Below are positions 29,624-43,974 of a stretch of 64,000 nt of DNA, in pieces. The position numbers were made by a program, and so were the translations under genes. This DNA is from Octopus vulgaris (lineage: Eukaryota): positions 48,484,001 through 48,548,000 of the forward strand of contig OX597820.1 in assembly GCA_951406725.2 (NCBI GenBank), read 5' to 3'. Within the stretch, counting starts at the first letter, position 1. Each line of letters starts with the position of its first letter. Under the pieces are notes generated by a model that was given only the letters and a program-made list of their open reading frames with translations, was not told where the DNA came from and ran no database searches.

Positions 29624-29974
29624 ATAAAATGTCTCTGTGTCTGTCCTGTATACAAATCCACAATCTTTCAGTTAGAGGGCTCGCACTTTCTATGGTCACT
29701 CAAAACCGTCCATGGCTGGTCGTGCACCTCTTTACATTTCCCCAGTCAGCCCGCAAAGTCATTAAAAAATCAATAGAAGTGCCTTTTTTTGAATTTTCTA
29801 TCCAAAACCACATTCAAAATGCCCGAAACTTGATACGGCAATTGAATTCCAGCTAGCTGTATGTGATTGGTCGGAGATTTGGACGGTACTCGCGTTTACG
29901 TTCGCTCGCACGCACGCAGCTGTATATGCATGCACTAGCACTATGACCCGGCGTTGCGGGGTCATAGTGCTAGT
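29624..29974 (+). mobile_element. Non-autonomous Helitron/Helentron-type (DINE-1/HINE-like) element
   Basis: Ends in a perfect 16-bp hairpin actagcactatgaccc-(9 nt)-gggtcatagtgctagt terminating CTAGT (29934-29974); starts with a tgtct/gtctgtc short-repeat block. Confidence 0.7.
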
Positions 29975-30013
29975 ATATGATATATGCACACACACTCACA
30001 CACACACACATAC

Positions 30014-30048
<35 letters not shown>

Positions 30049-30337
30049 TGTATGTATGTATGTATGTATATGTCCAAGCATGTATATAATTAAAAACACT
30101 TTACATTAGTGGATATATAAGAAAGTAATTTGAATCGAGGTATTTCAGCTATAGTTTATTCTAAAGAAATAGAAGGAAAAAGAAGGTAATGAAGTGCTGC
30201 GTCTGAGATTTGCAAGCTGCATAATACAATGAAATGAAACAAATGTTTAAGTATACGCACAACTGAGAGTATATGCACAACATCTTATGCACACATTGCA
30301 AAGGCACCTGCAATAGTTGCAACCACTTCAGTAAATA

Positions 30338-30722
30338 TGTGGGGTACCTCTGACGCGTCTTTGGAGTAACTGTACTGGTCATGGTGCGCACCTTGGAGGT
30401 GAGAGAGTCTGTCCAGGTCGAGCCAATAATTCTCCGCATTGAAAAGCTACAACTCCGGTATTTCGGAAATGTGATTAGAATAAGTCAGGAAAGAATCGTG
30501 AGACGGATTCTTGAAGCCGTTACGACAGGCAGGAGACCTAGCGATAAACCAAGAACGAGATTGTTGGAAGACATCCCTAGCTTCATTTGCTCATGGTTGG
30601 TAATCTAACGGGAAGTTTAAATTATGCTTGCTTCTGATAGGACCCTATGGAGGAGGTACTTGAGGACTCTACCCTCACGACCCGCGCAGAAATCGTGGGC
30701 AGAGGTGAGTGGATTAGATGAA
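30338..30722 (+). mobile_element. RTE-clade LINE 3' end
   Basis: GYL*RVFGVTVLVMVRTLEVRESVQVEPIILRIEKLQLRYFGNVIRISQERIVRRILEAVTTGRRPSDKPRTR...DRTLWRRYLRTLPSRP matches RTE QLRWFGHV.RM...GRRPRGRPRTRW. Confidence 0.9.
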
Positions 30723-31231
30723 AATTCATGTCACACCAACACCCGATTTAACGCATTCGTATTTTCAAGAACCCTCTCCCATCATCACATTCAGTTTTAG
30801 TTGCACAACTTCTATACAATTTAGAATTAAACTTTGCCTCTTTACAGCCGAGAGTGACGTGATCATTTCATTATTCACGATAAATCTTTGTTTCCAACAT
30901 GGTATGTGCAGACACTATTTCGACTTCCTCCTCCATCATTAAAATGTACATTTTCAACAAAAGTCAATGTGTTAACTATATACAGACATTTATATCTCTA
31001 AACAAATCTCTCAACTTATTTACTGCAGTCGGCTGAAAATAAACATTTCATTCTAAACGGTTTACATTTAAGCAGTTTAACTCATTATATCAGATATCGC
31101 GTTTCTTTCCTCTTCTTTTTGTTTTTCAGACTGAAAGACAGATATGTATCTTAATATTGCAATATTTTCATTCAGAAATCTCTCCTCTTACGCCACGGGA
31201 AATAAGTCAACAACAAAACACTTACACACAC

Positions 31232-31296
<65 letters not shown>

Positions 31297-32493
31297 ATAT
31301 GCATATATACGTATGCTTACATACACATACACATATATACATATATAAATATTAAATGTATGTATGTATGAATGAATGTATGTATCTACACACACACAGA
31401 CACACACACATATATATATATCTTTCCACCTGACTATCAGATATCCTTTTGCATTACTTGTAACAGTCCGCTTCCATTTTCCCCTAGAATCCCAGTCCTC
31501 TTCCATTTGGGCCACAATTGTTCGATTATATCACATTTTCCCAGCATTTTCAATGATGTGTTGTGGAATCTACTGTCACAGCCGGTTTTATGCCTTTATT
31601 CCAAGTACTGATTGAGTTTACGTGTATCGAATTTCAATCAGTCTCCTATTTATTCGAATGAAATCGGAATCAACTGAGCGTCTTTCCTTGAAAGCAACGG
31701 AATCTGACACAGGCAATATTGAAATTCAGATTTACTATCACTAGATATGAAAGTGTGTGTCCATATCGTCATACATACGTTGTGCTTACTCTGATTTTAT
31801 AAGCATAATTTTAGCTACCGAATAAAAGTATCATTATACGCAGACAAGGAAATAAGAACTGGATGAAAAACAAGGATGTAAAGAAATTAGAAAAGGAGAC
31901 GACGAAGAAACACTAGAACAAGAACCGGATGAAGAATGAAACGAAAGAGAGTAGAGAGGAAAAGAAGAGGAAAACAAAATAAATAGTAATAGCAATACTT
32001 GTTGTAGAACAAAGAAGTAAAATCACAAAGAGCGAGGTAAAATTACCCAACAAGAGGAGACAAAATGGTTCGGAGATTCTGCAGAGAATTTACGAGATAT
32101 ATAATATCAGAAATGGAAGTTTGCAAACTTTTATACGAAGAGACTTAAAGACGAAAGTGCCGACTACTTTGTTTTAATGGTATTTCATGTAATTTCAACA
32201 GTCGTTTTCGGTCATCGGAGAGGAATTTTCATTTATATCTTCGAAATATGTCTCTCTTCAATATTATGGCTATAGAATTTAACGAACAACGCGAAATACA
32301 GACACGACTGCAAGCGTTACACAATATTGCAGTTAATGTGTTTATATACAAATACGTACGCACGTACGTACATACATACATACATACGTACACAACATGT
32401 ACATATATAAATAAATAAATACATACATACATATATATATATATGAATGCGTCTATGTATAATATATATATAAACATAAATGTCTATATAACT

Positions 32494-32530
<37 letters not shown>

Positions 32531-33396
32531 CATACATAAACATATATATATGCATGTATGTAAGTATGTATGTATGTATGTATGTATGTATGTATCTGTA
32601 TCTATTATATATAGGTAGGAATGTGTGAGTGTGTATATTTTTGTGTGAATGTATGTACGAGAATGATTCTGTCTCTTGGTATATATGTAAATGCACACAT
32701 GCTCACATATACGTATATGTAACTATGTGCGTGTGTGTGTGTGTATGTGTTAGTGCGTGTGTGTTAGTGCGTATAGTGCGTATCTGCTTTTTGTATGGTT
32801 GTGTGTGTATTTACGTGTGTATATATCTATGTCTATGTGGAAAACATTTATTGATACGTAAATATGAAACAGTATATATATATACAAGATATAAAGATAT
32901 AAACCTACACACACTCACACACGCACAAACACACGCACATACACACACGCAATTATATATATAACATTATATGTTTATAGAACATTTATTACGCCAAGCG
33001 TTTTTTAGTGAATAAACCAATGATTCCACATATGTGTGGACATATATGTATATTTATATATATGTGTGTGTGTGTGTGTGAGTGTGTTCGTATGTGTTTG
33101 TCGATGTCAAATGAAAGTATTAATACCACATCGTTTATTATAAAAATATCTATATAATGGGTATCAAGAATATTATCATTTTCCCTATGACTTATTCCAT
33201 TCAGTACTAATATTCCATCTTATTGAACATTTAGCATTACATAGTGAGATGAAAGTGGTAGATCAATCGCATTATTGTACACCTAGAAAAACACACTATA
33301 ATACACAATAATAGAGCCTCTCTTGCTCACTCCCTCCCTCTCACTCTCACACATTGTCTGTCTCCTTCTCGTCTCCGTGTACATTTATATATATGA

Positions 33397-33429
<33 letters not shown>

Positions 33430-33478
33430 AATATATATGTATTTATGTATGTATATATATACATATAAACATAAATAA

Positions 33479-33509
<31 letters not shown>

Positions 33510-33626
33510 TATAAGCATAAATATATATATATGTATGTTTATATATATATGTGTGTTTGTGTTTCTCTATATAAGTATGTAAGTATGCATGCATGTACTT
33601 ATGTATATATATATATATATATATAC

Positions 33627-33696
<70 letters not shown>

Positions 33697-35624
33697 TAAT
33701 GTGTGTATATATTGATATATATATAGAACTATGTGCGGGCAAATGTGTATATTTACATGTATGTGTGCGTGTATGTGTCTGAGGATGGTGCGTGTGTGTA
33801 GGCAGTAAAAATAGATATATTCTTCGAGTTTTTTCTCTCTCTTTGTAAGTTCCGTGCAGTTTTTGTGGCAATGCAGTTCCCAGATACCTTTTATAAATCT
33901 GGATAAAGGCAGACTAAAATGTGCTGTTCCCTTTTTATGGTAAGCAGGACTAATGTCATTTTGCGTGAACGGTGTCCTCAGAATGTGACCGCTTATTTTA
34001 TATGATGTCAGCCATTTTGTGATATTTTTATCTTTTAGTCATTACACTGCGACCATGCTGGCGTGTGTATGTTAGTTCCCTATTTATTTCACATTCTGAT
34101 GAGTTATGCGGGATTGTTCCCATCTTTAATCGTTTATTTTTATAGGGAATATAAGTATAGGATAGATGTGGTGTTTTCTAATTTTTGACACTCTCCTATT
34201 TACTTTCTCTTTGCGTTGAGTACTGTACAGCATTATAATTACTGTCTGTTGTAAGTGCATGACGGAATATTGTCCTATTGAAAAAGGAAAACACAGCAGT
34301 TAGAATAATGATGTTTACGATAATTCCGTTTGCAGTAAAATTCGTAAATCAAGTTGATCATTAATAGCTTGTTCTCAGCCTTACAAGCTTGTGTTTTGTT
34401 ATTGATGAGGAGGTTGTTAATCTTTTGTTTTTGTAATAAAATTATTTTTATTAGATTACCGTTTGGTGCAAAGCGTTTTTTCTTTTCTTTTAAGAGGTTT
34501 TTGTTAATTTGTTTGTTCATCTCTTCTATAGTTAGAATGCATTTGATTCATATAATACCCATTATATGTGGTTTGTGTTTATTTAATGGGTCAGAACGTG
34601 ATGTATGTATTGCATTGTATGTTAGTTTAATTTGCGATGAGTTTTAGTCTATCTCTTTGCTTGCATACACGTTGTTGCTTTCGGCCATATCACTTTGAAT
34701 TCTCCGGCTCTCGACCGGTGACCGCAGTTAAATAATGTCCCGGGCCAATTAATATTTAGACGTGTGACTGTTTGGAAATTTTAATTTGCTGTTAGTATCA
34801 CAGCTTAGGAACATAATATTGTAACTTCAATTATTGAATCGGACATCACGGCGGGACCTTGAGCAAGGCTTTTCATTCCACTTTGCTCCATCCTACTCAG
34901 TTGAAAATTAGTACAATCCGAGTGATGGTATAAAATTTTCTTCCTGCAGCAGCCATATTATGGATGTGCTGCTGTATCAAATGATGGAGGTTGCTTTTGA
35001 GTGCTCGCGAGTATATGCACACTTAAAATAAGTAGCAAGAGCGTGATACTCCTTATAAGCCATTTCTGTTCGCGAGTGACGGTTGTCTCTAAATAAGCTT
35101 TATTACTTAGTGTTTGTTTCATTCTCTAAATGCTGTATTCCGTTTATGGAGTAAGATATCTTGATGTTATCAATTGGTCAGTCTCCTACTGCCTCTTCAA
35201 AAAGTGCATGCACTGGTTGTTTTTAAAACCGCCTTCGTTCCACTCGAGATGTTAGATTGATCGATGATTTCTAAGTACAAGATATTGACCTTCTTGATGA
35301 TGAAACGCATACTTGCACTTTTCAAAGTTTGAACTCGTCTATTGCACATAAGGAAGAAAGTAGAACGGATGTTACAAGAATCGGAAGTAACTTCAGAGCA
35401 CACCGTTAGATGTAATTAAATAACTACCGTTTAAATTGATCGTTACTCAATGATTAATTAGATCGTTACTCCTGAAAATTCTAAGTAAATATAACTGAAG
35501 AAGGGTTTGAGTGACTGTGAGAATCCGAGAAGAGCTTTATAACCAATAAATCACAGTATTTTGTTCAATGGAAAAGGGGCAACTATCAAGAGAGATTTAA
35601 CAATAGTGGTGATAGTTATAAGTC

Positions 35625-36301
35625 TGTAGTGGGCTGAATGTGATGTGGCATATCATATCGATATGACGTAGCACACAACCAAGTGTAGAGCGTAGATGTA
35701 ATGCTTAAAGGTCCTCGCATCGGAGTAACCAGTGAACATCGAAGAATCAACAGCAAGAAGGAAGAAATATTATTTACATATATTTATTCGTTTGCCCGAC
35801 AGGTAGTTAAAGAGACAGTAGCAATTCTAATGATAGTGACAAGGTTGGCTCGCTGGTTAGTAGTTGATAGTGTAGAGGTTGCTGTCTACTAGTAGAGAGT
35901 GAAAGAGTAAAGAAGCACGGTGCTAACTAAAAAGGAAGAAAGGATAAAGTAGCAGCGTCTTTCTTGCGACCGAATCCTTCGCTTCTATGTCGAGCGAAGG
36001 GCGAGGAAAAGTTCTGCCCTTGATCATGGCTGACGCAAAATATGGTGTTGCTCCTTGGTCTGGCTGACACAAAAGAGGAAGAAATAGGAAATTCTCCTTG
36101 TTATATAGACAATGGTTAGTAATGTAGGTCAAATCTTAAACAAAGGACTGACCTTTCCTTGACCAGCACAGGTCCTTGACGAACAAGTGTTTCCCAATCA
36201 ATCATCTGATGTGGAGAGGATTTCACGTTTTTTTTTTTGACAAGCAACAAGCGGGTAGATTTGGTTTCAAATTTCAGGCAGGGCGAAGCGAGGTCCCTAC
36301 A
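35625..36301 (-). mobile_element. Solo LTR (677 bp) with 4-bp TSD, probably Gypsy-type
   Basis: AGTC|TGTAGTGG...CCCTACA|AGTC (TSD 35621-35624 and 36302-36305); TG...CA ends with short terminal inverted repeat; TATA- and AATAAA-like motifs on the minus strand. Confidence 0.75.
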
Positions 36302-37222
36302 AGTCTGTCCTTTTTTAACCATCTTCTAATATTCATTCGCCTTTTGAGATAACTGGTTCAGGATGGAGTTTTTACTACATAGTTGATCAGGTACACTTAA
36401 GGAAGAAATCATATGATAAATATCGTTCTGCCTGTAAACACTGTATTTTCTTCACAGACAATGCTTCTAGAATTTACCCACGCTCTCTTTTAAAGATGGT
36501 AGAATGTGATTTCAAACATGTGCCGATCGATCTAGAACGCCGTTATTCGTTGCTATATATGGAATAATAAACATTAAATGGTGGAATTTACTATATATTT
36601 TACTGTGAATTACAGTCGAGAATAAAATATAAGTTGTATACATTTTAGCACATATTTTTGTATATGTAGCAACCTATATATATATATATATATATTGTAT
36701 TGGTTATAGTAATAAACTTTGCATACTATCTTTCATTGTATTGAGTATTGAGCGTGGTTGTGTATACTGCAATGCACTTAGTTATAATTATTTTAATGTA
36801 CACTGCAGTGTTTACTGGAGAGCACATTCTAGTGAACAAGATACGACATATGAAATATATGCTTCTGTGGTGGTACAACATGTAGTATTCAGGTTAGTAT
36901 TTTCAAATTATATACGAAGCTGGTACTTTGAAATTGGTATATGGCTAAAGAGTTTTTGATTGGATAACGGCATAGATTCAAAGATTTTCTGGAGCGAAAA
37001 ATGGAGTTCTCGCAAGAACATACATTTTTACCGGTAGATGTATTTTTATACTTATTTATTTATTTGTTATTTAACTTTTTTTTGCAGTGGTGCATGCAAT
37101 ATATCGGCATTTATTTTTTGCCTTACTAACAAGGAAATGCACAAAAAAGCATTTTTCCTATACCACACTTGGTATATTTTTGCACATATATATATGTTCA
37201 TATGTGGGCATATAAAAGTACA

Positions 37223-37260
<38 letters not shown>

Positions 37261-37370
37261 CATAAACATACATACACACACACATTTATATATAATCTTA
37301 GATTTCTTCCTTCCCTCTGGACTTTTCTCTCTCCTCTAGCGAAGGAACAACCTCGAAACGGTATACGCTC

Positions 37371-37405
<35 letters not shown>

Positions 37406-37410
37406 TACAC

Positions 37411-37468
<58 letters not shown>

Positions 37469-38234
37469 GTGTGTGTTTATGTGTGTATGTGTGTGTGTGT
37501 GTGTGAATAAGTTAACAAATGCGGATGCGTATAAGTCTTTGACGCTATTTTTAGATTAGAATACGCCAAACTTTCTTTTCTTTGTTTAGGACACGTTTAA
37601 AATAAATTTTAATCTACATAACAGAAATGTTTTTTTCGAGTGACTTCCATCACAAAACAGATGTGTACCAAAATAGCTTATGCTTTTACATTGCGAACGT
37701 GTTATGTGTATAAATGGAAGAGGAAATTTCAATAACAGAAGAAGAAATTAAGGGGTAAATCTATAGAATGACAACAATGGCATGACTAAAGATTATAGAC
37801 AGACAATAGCATGGTGCCTGGAAATGAGTAACGATGACCGATTGATGACTAATGTCAAGAGGTCACCTCAATAGAAATTCAATACAAGAGACCGTTATAT
37901 CCGTAATTTGAACAAATCCTGGTCATTTAAGAAATGGCCATTAACTCAATTTTAGATATATTTTTATTGTTAGTTTCAGAACCGGTCACGAGTGAGCAAC
38001 GAAAATTTTGATCCTGAAGAAGTAAATAAAAATATGATTCTGCAGCTTTTGAGTACTTTTAAATTGTTAAGCTGGTTCTGTGACAATGTATCACGCATTG
38101 TTGAAGTACATCTCATGTGTGTGTGTGTGTGTGTGTGTGTGTATGGTTATAAGATTTGAGCCATTTTGAATGTATATATCATCATAATGCATGCACTCTT
38201 TCTTATATCAACACACACACATACACACACATGA

Positions 38235-38362
38235 AGGCGCAAGCGGTGGTAAGAAGTTAGCTGCCCAACCACAGGGTTGGTCAAATGTTGTGTACTATAA
38301 GCCCTGGCTGACCAAATCCTTGTGTCTGCGCTTGGTAGATGGAAACTGAAAGCACTATATAT
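38235..38362 (+). mobile_element. Degenerate SINE family B, 5' half
   Basis: tggtaagaagttagctgcccaaccac...gaccaaatccttgtg...ttggtagatggaaactgaaag. Confidence 0.75.
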
Positions 38363-38610
38363 ATAGTAATCCCTTGCCATATCGCAGTTCACCTAACGCC
38401 GCTAATCATCTAAGCTTACGTCGATTCTTCCGTTGTTTTGCATTTATAATAAAATAAATATATCGACTGTACTCTTTCCGACGAGGAGCTATGCATGAAA
38501 CGTTAACAACTCTCTCCTTTCACAGAAGGTCAATTCATATTTTGCTTGTGCACGTACTCACGTTCGCTTTAATTGTTTGTTCTTTTAATTGATTATGTAT
38601 ATTTATACCC

Positions 38611-38666
<56 letters not shown>

Positions 38667-39469
38667 GTACATACATGCATACATAATACATACATACATG
38701 AACACACATACACAAACACATATCTCTTGCCATCAATATTCCTATGTAGTCTATGTTCACGACTGACATTATCATCAACACACCACAGCTGTCACTGGAC
38801 CGTTGGTGCAGTCTACAGGTTTTCTATCGACGTGCTAGCAGTGACAACTAAAAATCCGTCAAATAACACCTTGCCTTCTTAATATGGAACACATATGGAA
38901 ATGCAGTATGGTCTACTCTACTGAAAAAAAAAGAGAAAAGTAAAGGAGACAGCATGAAAGTCGTCTTAGATGCATATTAATGTTGGTCTTCTGAATAGGA
39001 GACGGAAAATGATTAAACAACAAGATCAATAACACAAACACTGAAACTATCACAATAGCGCTACTAACACCACTAACACAGTTGTGAACACCACAACTAG
39101 AACTACAACACCATGTTGCATTCCTGTCACCATGAACAATATCAACATGGCCAACAGCAATGTCATTAGCACCAACAACTGTGCAAGCGACTGCATCATC
39201 ATTAACACAATCAATTTCACCTGAAATGCCAAATATTAAACACTAAAACCTTCAATTCCGTCCGCTAGAGCGCTGTTTCTTTTACGTTTTCTCTTTCATT
39301 GTGACGAATGATATTACGGTAGCGAAACCAAATGTCGCTGTTGTTATACTATTACAACAAAAGTCAATATGACACATTCTATCTCGTAAATCAACAAAAT
39401 AATTGTCGTTCGACAGCAACTGTGTCACCACAACCACCAACATTACCAATGTCATGACCAGCAGCACCA

Positions 39470-39838
39470 GTGGAGGCGCAATGGCCCAATGGTTAGGGCA
39501 GCGGACTCGCGGTAGGAGGATCGCGGTTTCGACTTCCAGACCGGGCGTTGTGTGTATTTATTGAACGAAACACCTAAAGCTCCAAGAGGCTCCGGCAGTG
39601 GCTGGTGGCGACCCCTGTTGTACTCTTTCGCTCCAACTTTCTCTCACTCTTTCTTTCTGTTTCTTGTCCCCGACTTCCTACGCATCCGCTGAGCCTGGAT
39701 GCGCATTCAACCATCCGTCGATGCTCTCGGTGTCGAGGGTTGACCTGCTTTCTCTTCTGCGGGTCTTACGAATAGCAAAGGACCATGTTTCGGGCTTCTC
39801 CCATCTTGCGAGCTCTGTGACGAAGACCGTTCGCTCAA
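39470..39838 (+). mobile_element. SINE family C head/body with an alternative 3' tail
   Basis: 39470-39663 matches the 12444-12819 and 51889-52267 copies; beyond ...tttctgtttct the sequence is unrelated to their tail. Confidence 0.85.
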
Positions 39839-39974
39839 CAGCAACAGAAACCAGCAGCACCAGTAACACCAACAACAGCACCACCACGCTACCCTGTAAC
39901 GAAGACCGTTCGCTCAACAGCAACAGAAACCAGCAGCACCAGTAACACCAACAACAGCACCACCACGCTACCCT
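39815..39974 (+). repeat. ~79-bp tandem duplication spanning the SINE 3' end and flank
   Basis: cgaagaccgttcgctcaacagcaacagaaaccagcagcaccagtaacaccaacaacagcaccaccacgctaccct occurs twice. Confidence 0.92.
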
Positions 39975-40255
39975 AAATCTATCTCCGCTCAATGAGGGAA
40001 TCTCTACTTGGTCCACCGACCTGCTAGAAAGAACAGCTAAGCATCCATCAAACCACACATTTATCTTGTAAATATATAGATATAAATAATGTAATAATAG
40101 CAACAAAAAAAGAGAGAGAAAGAAAAACAGACATCAATATTGAATAACATAGGCCTGGATAAATGCCTGAATAAAAGACGGCTATAGTCTGGCAGAATCA
40201 GAATGACCATTCTGCTCAATTAGTGTTGACTTTGGGCTAAATAGAAACAACACCC
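39975..40255 (+). repeat. Old dispersed repeat, probably an ancient SINE (related traces near 3410-3560, 36350-36560 minus, 38800-39020, 49190-49260 minus, 62140-62200)
   Basis: Recurrent motif ctgctagaaa...cagc.aa...tcaaa.cacac in several places. Confidence 0.5.
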
Positions 40256-40279
40256 ACCAATAGTTTTAGAATCAAGTAC

Positions 40280-40595
40280 ATTAACCACCACCGTCACCGT
40301 ATTTATTATCAAAGACACCACCATCACCACCACATCAGCGTTACCACCATTGCCAACACCACCGCCACGACTCGTACGACAGTAAAAATCTCAATGGCCA
40401 CTAATACCATTAACGATCACAAAATCCGTTGACACCAAGAATAATACAACGATCACCGGACAGCACCCCTTAACCATCCCCAGTGCCACGAGTAAACATC
40501 ACCACAACCAACACTAGCCAGCACCACCACAACGGACAATGAAGACGACTACCACCAACACAACAAGCAGCAGCAGTACCTCCACCATCACCACC

Positions 40596-40627
<32 letters not shown>

Positions 40628-41170
40628 AAGCAAGAACGACAGTACAAGCACCGTCACTATAAGCGGTAGCATCACGATCATCATCACCATCATAATCACA
40701 ACCAGGCACTCCCAGCATCATCAGCACCAGCACCAACGCGCCCATCACCATCACCATCACCATCACCTCTACAGCAAGCAACAATATTATTAGCCAATAC
40801 ACGGTCACTATTAACGTTGCTTCTAACACATCACATCAAAATGGCTGTTCAATGAAGGTGTCAGGCTGAAGATAAAGGTTGATGCTTCAACAGAATCTAT
40901 TTGATGGTGATTTAATAAGGAATCTGTCTTTTGGCAAAACTACTTTCCCATTTATTTCACTTTGTCTTCATTATTTGTTGCTGACGCTATTGTTGTTGTT
41001 GTTGTTGTTGGTGGTGTTGTAGTTGTCGCTGTTGTTGTTGTTGATGATTTACTCGATGTGGTTATTTTTGTTGATTTATTGGCTTTGTTGTTTTAGTTGA
41101 ATTTGTTAGTGGGTGATATTGTTTACGTTGATTTTCTTGGTGATGTTCTTGTTGCGCTTGTTGATATTAT
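40280..41170. repeat. Trinucleotide low-complexity region with strand switch (CAC/CAA then GTT/GGT)
   Basis: Directly visible. Confidence 0.8.
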
Positions 41171-41377
41171 TATATTATGTCTTGTATTTAACTGTTTTGT
41201 TTTTATCAAATAAGTTGTACAGAATGTGATCTTTTAAAAGATCCATTAACAAAATTACTCCTCTGCCTCTATCTCCCTCTTCTCTAACCCTCACATTCTT
41301 TTTCTCATTTACTTATTCCGCTTCTCCTACCGTTTCCACCCATGTTATCTCCCCACTTTTTCTCTCTCTTTCTTGCC

Positions 41378-41426
<49 letters not shown>

Positions 41427-41627
41427 AATTTCTGTCTTCCCAGTCTCATTTTCTTGCTCTGTCTTTCATTCTTTTCTCCTTTAGTAGCTTCAGCCTATCT
41501 TGTATCATTTTATATTAAGCTATTCAAGTTCTCAGTCTCTCTTTGTATTTTCTCCCAGTCTAAGATTGACATTACCTCCTCAATGCTTGCTTGTTTCTGA
41601 AACACACAAATAGGCACTCATATAGAA

Positions 41628-41660
<33 letters not shown>

Positions 41661-41678
41661 CATATATACATACATACA

Positions 41679-41720
<42 letters not shown>

Positions 41721-41784
41721 CATATATACATATATACATATATACATACATATATATACATATATATACATATATATACATATA

Positions 41785-41819
<35 letters not shown>

Positions 41820-41820
41820 G

Positions 41821-41859
<39 letters not shown>

Positions 41860-41869
41860 TTATATATAT

Positions 41870-41906
<37 letters not shown>

Positions 41907-42635
41907 CATATAAACATACGACTGCTAATCCGATTTAGACTCTTCCATCATACACACACACATATATAGTTACACTGACATATGACTCTCTCCATTTCTC
42001 TCTCTCTCCCTCTCTCTCCTTCCCTCCCTATCTGTCTTTCTCTCTCCGGCTCTCTCTTAATATTTCCCTCTCTCTACATACCTCTCTCCCTCTATTTCTC
42101 TCTCTCTCTTTCGTTTGCTACTTTTATAGCATTCTTCGTCATTTATGCAATCTACAGAGACAACAACAACGGTTGAAACAGTTGTAGCGTTTTCTGAATT
42201 CATTCAGATGTTTGTGCTTTCTGGTTACAACCGAAGTTTCAGAGATATTTTTCATAACGTGATATCAAAATACCAAAGTAAACTAAGATGTAAATATGAA
42301 TTTGATAGTCAAACGCGAATGAAAATTCGAATTGAGGGACACGGATTTACACACGTACACATGACCACACACACAGGCGCTTGCGATCACGTACACACAT
42401 ATGTACTCACGTAGATATTGGATTGCTGTACACTTAAACTGTCATCTGGTTTTGTATTGCCAAAACAAACTAGATAGAATTTGATGGAGCTCATTCTTTT
42501 TCCAAGCACTCGTTCCACGTCTCCAGCTTCAGGATATCTTCCTCCTTTCTTCGCAGCAGTCCTTTGAAGCAAGGTCACCACCACACCTTTCCCTCCTTCC
42601 TAAAAAAGTTAGATTGTGCATGCATACATATACGT

Positions 42636-42692
<57 letters not shown>

Positions 42693-42695
<3 letters not shown>

Positions 42696-42845
42696 GGCAG
42701 GCTTCTTGCAGTTTCCGTCTACCAAATCCACTCACAAGGCTCTGGTCGGACCGAGGCCATACTAGAAGACACCACGCAGTGGGCTAAACACGAAACCATA
42801 TAGTTGGGAAGCAAGCTTCTTACAAACACACAGCCACGCCTGCGA
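42693..42845 (-). mobile_element. SINE family B, 5' half
   Basis: ggcttcttgcagtttccgtctaccaaatccactcacaaggc...cacagccacgcctgcg. Confidence 0.85.
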
Positions 42846-42884
<39 letters not shown>

Positions 42885-42919
42885 ATATAATATAATATAA
42901 TATAATATAATATAATATA

Positions 42920-42988
<69 letters not shown>

Positions 42989-43049
42989 ATATAATATAAT
43001 ATAATATAATATGATATAATATAATATAATATAATATAATATATATATA

Positions 43050-43270
43050 GCGGGGCCGCATGGCCTAATGGTTAGGATGTTACATCACAATGATAAGATC
43101 GTGGACTTCCCAGACTTGGCGATGCGTTGTGTTCTAGGAAAAAGTTCTTCATTTCATGATTTTCTGTAATTACGTCGACATCTGGCGTGTGACACAGTGT
43201 TTACATGCGCTGACAGTATTGATCTTACAGACCAACTGAGCTATCAACAAATCTGACCAGGTAGTTTCGC
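43050..43270 (+). mobile_element. Degenerate tRNA SINE
   Basis: Box A tggcctaatggttagg and a CORE-like ttgtgttct...cttcatttca. Confidence 0.6.
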
Positions 43271-43292
43271 AAGAAATTACTCACCACACGCA

Positions 43293-43356
<64 letters not shown>

Positions 43357-43358
<2 letters not shown>

Positions 43359-43960
43359 CGTATCTGTATATATAGACTTACTTTTCGTGATTTCTTTTGA
43401 AAGTCGACAAAACATATGAAATATTATGATATATAACAAGAGAAAAAGAATGATGGCATAGACGGTAAAAATCGGATTTTGAGACCACCAGTAAATAAAT
43501 AATTAGATAAAATGAATAAATAAAATGAAAAGAAGAAAGTCTATACTATTTTTCTTGACATATTTCCGATACTGCTTTCAAACTGTGATTGTTGTTACTG
43601 AGAGTTCCATTATGTAACCAACTGATGCAGTAATTCTCAGGTATCCGGTCGCAGGAGTGCATTTCATAATAGCATGTATTATTAAGAAGTATAGACATAG
43701 TAGAAATAAAAGTTTGTCGTGTAGTCTGCACATATCATATGTTGTGATATTTCGTCCGTAGAGTTTGACGATAACCTACCAAGCGCCAAACAAAGACAGA
43801 TAGGGAGTAACTAAAAATAATCAACAGATGCCTAAACAAATGCTTGTTGGTGACTAGACCAACAAATGAAATAAAGATAAATGGTATTTAACAAAATATT
43901 TAAGAGCTTATTTATATTGCTCAAATATGAACGCTACCATTCATATAGATAAGCATATGC
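43357..43960 (-). mobile_element. Penelope-like remnant with decayed HHR (43554-43657) abutting (TA)n
   Basis: Minus strand: CUC-CUGCGA-CCGGAUAC...GUAUCG-GAAAUAUGUC-AAG; long branched stem II with inner CUGAGA/UCUCAG helix. The distal boundary is approximate. Confidence 0.45.
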
Positions 43961-43974
43961 TTTCATAAAAGTTG

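Noticed and set aside
31430-31780. BEL/Pao remnant (VLGI, EQLW, DWD on minus strand)
   Set aside because: Motifs are short and in different frames; insufficient support.
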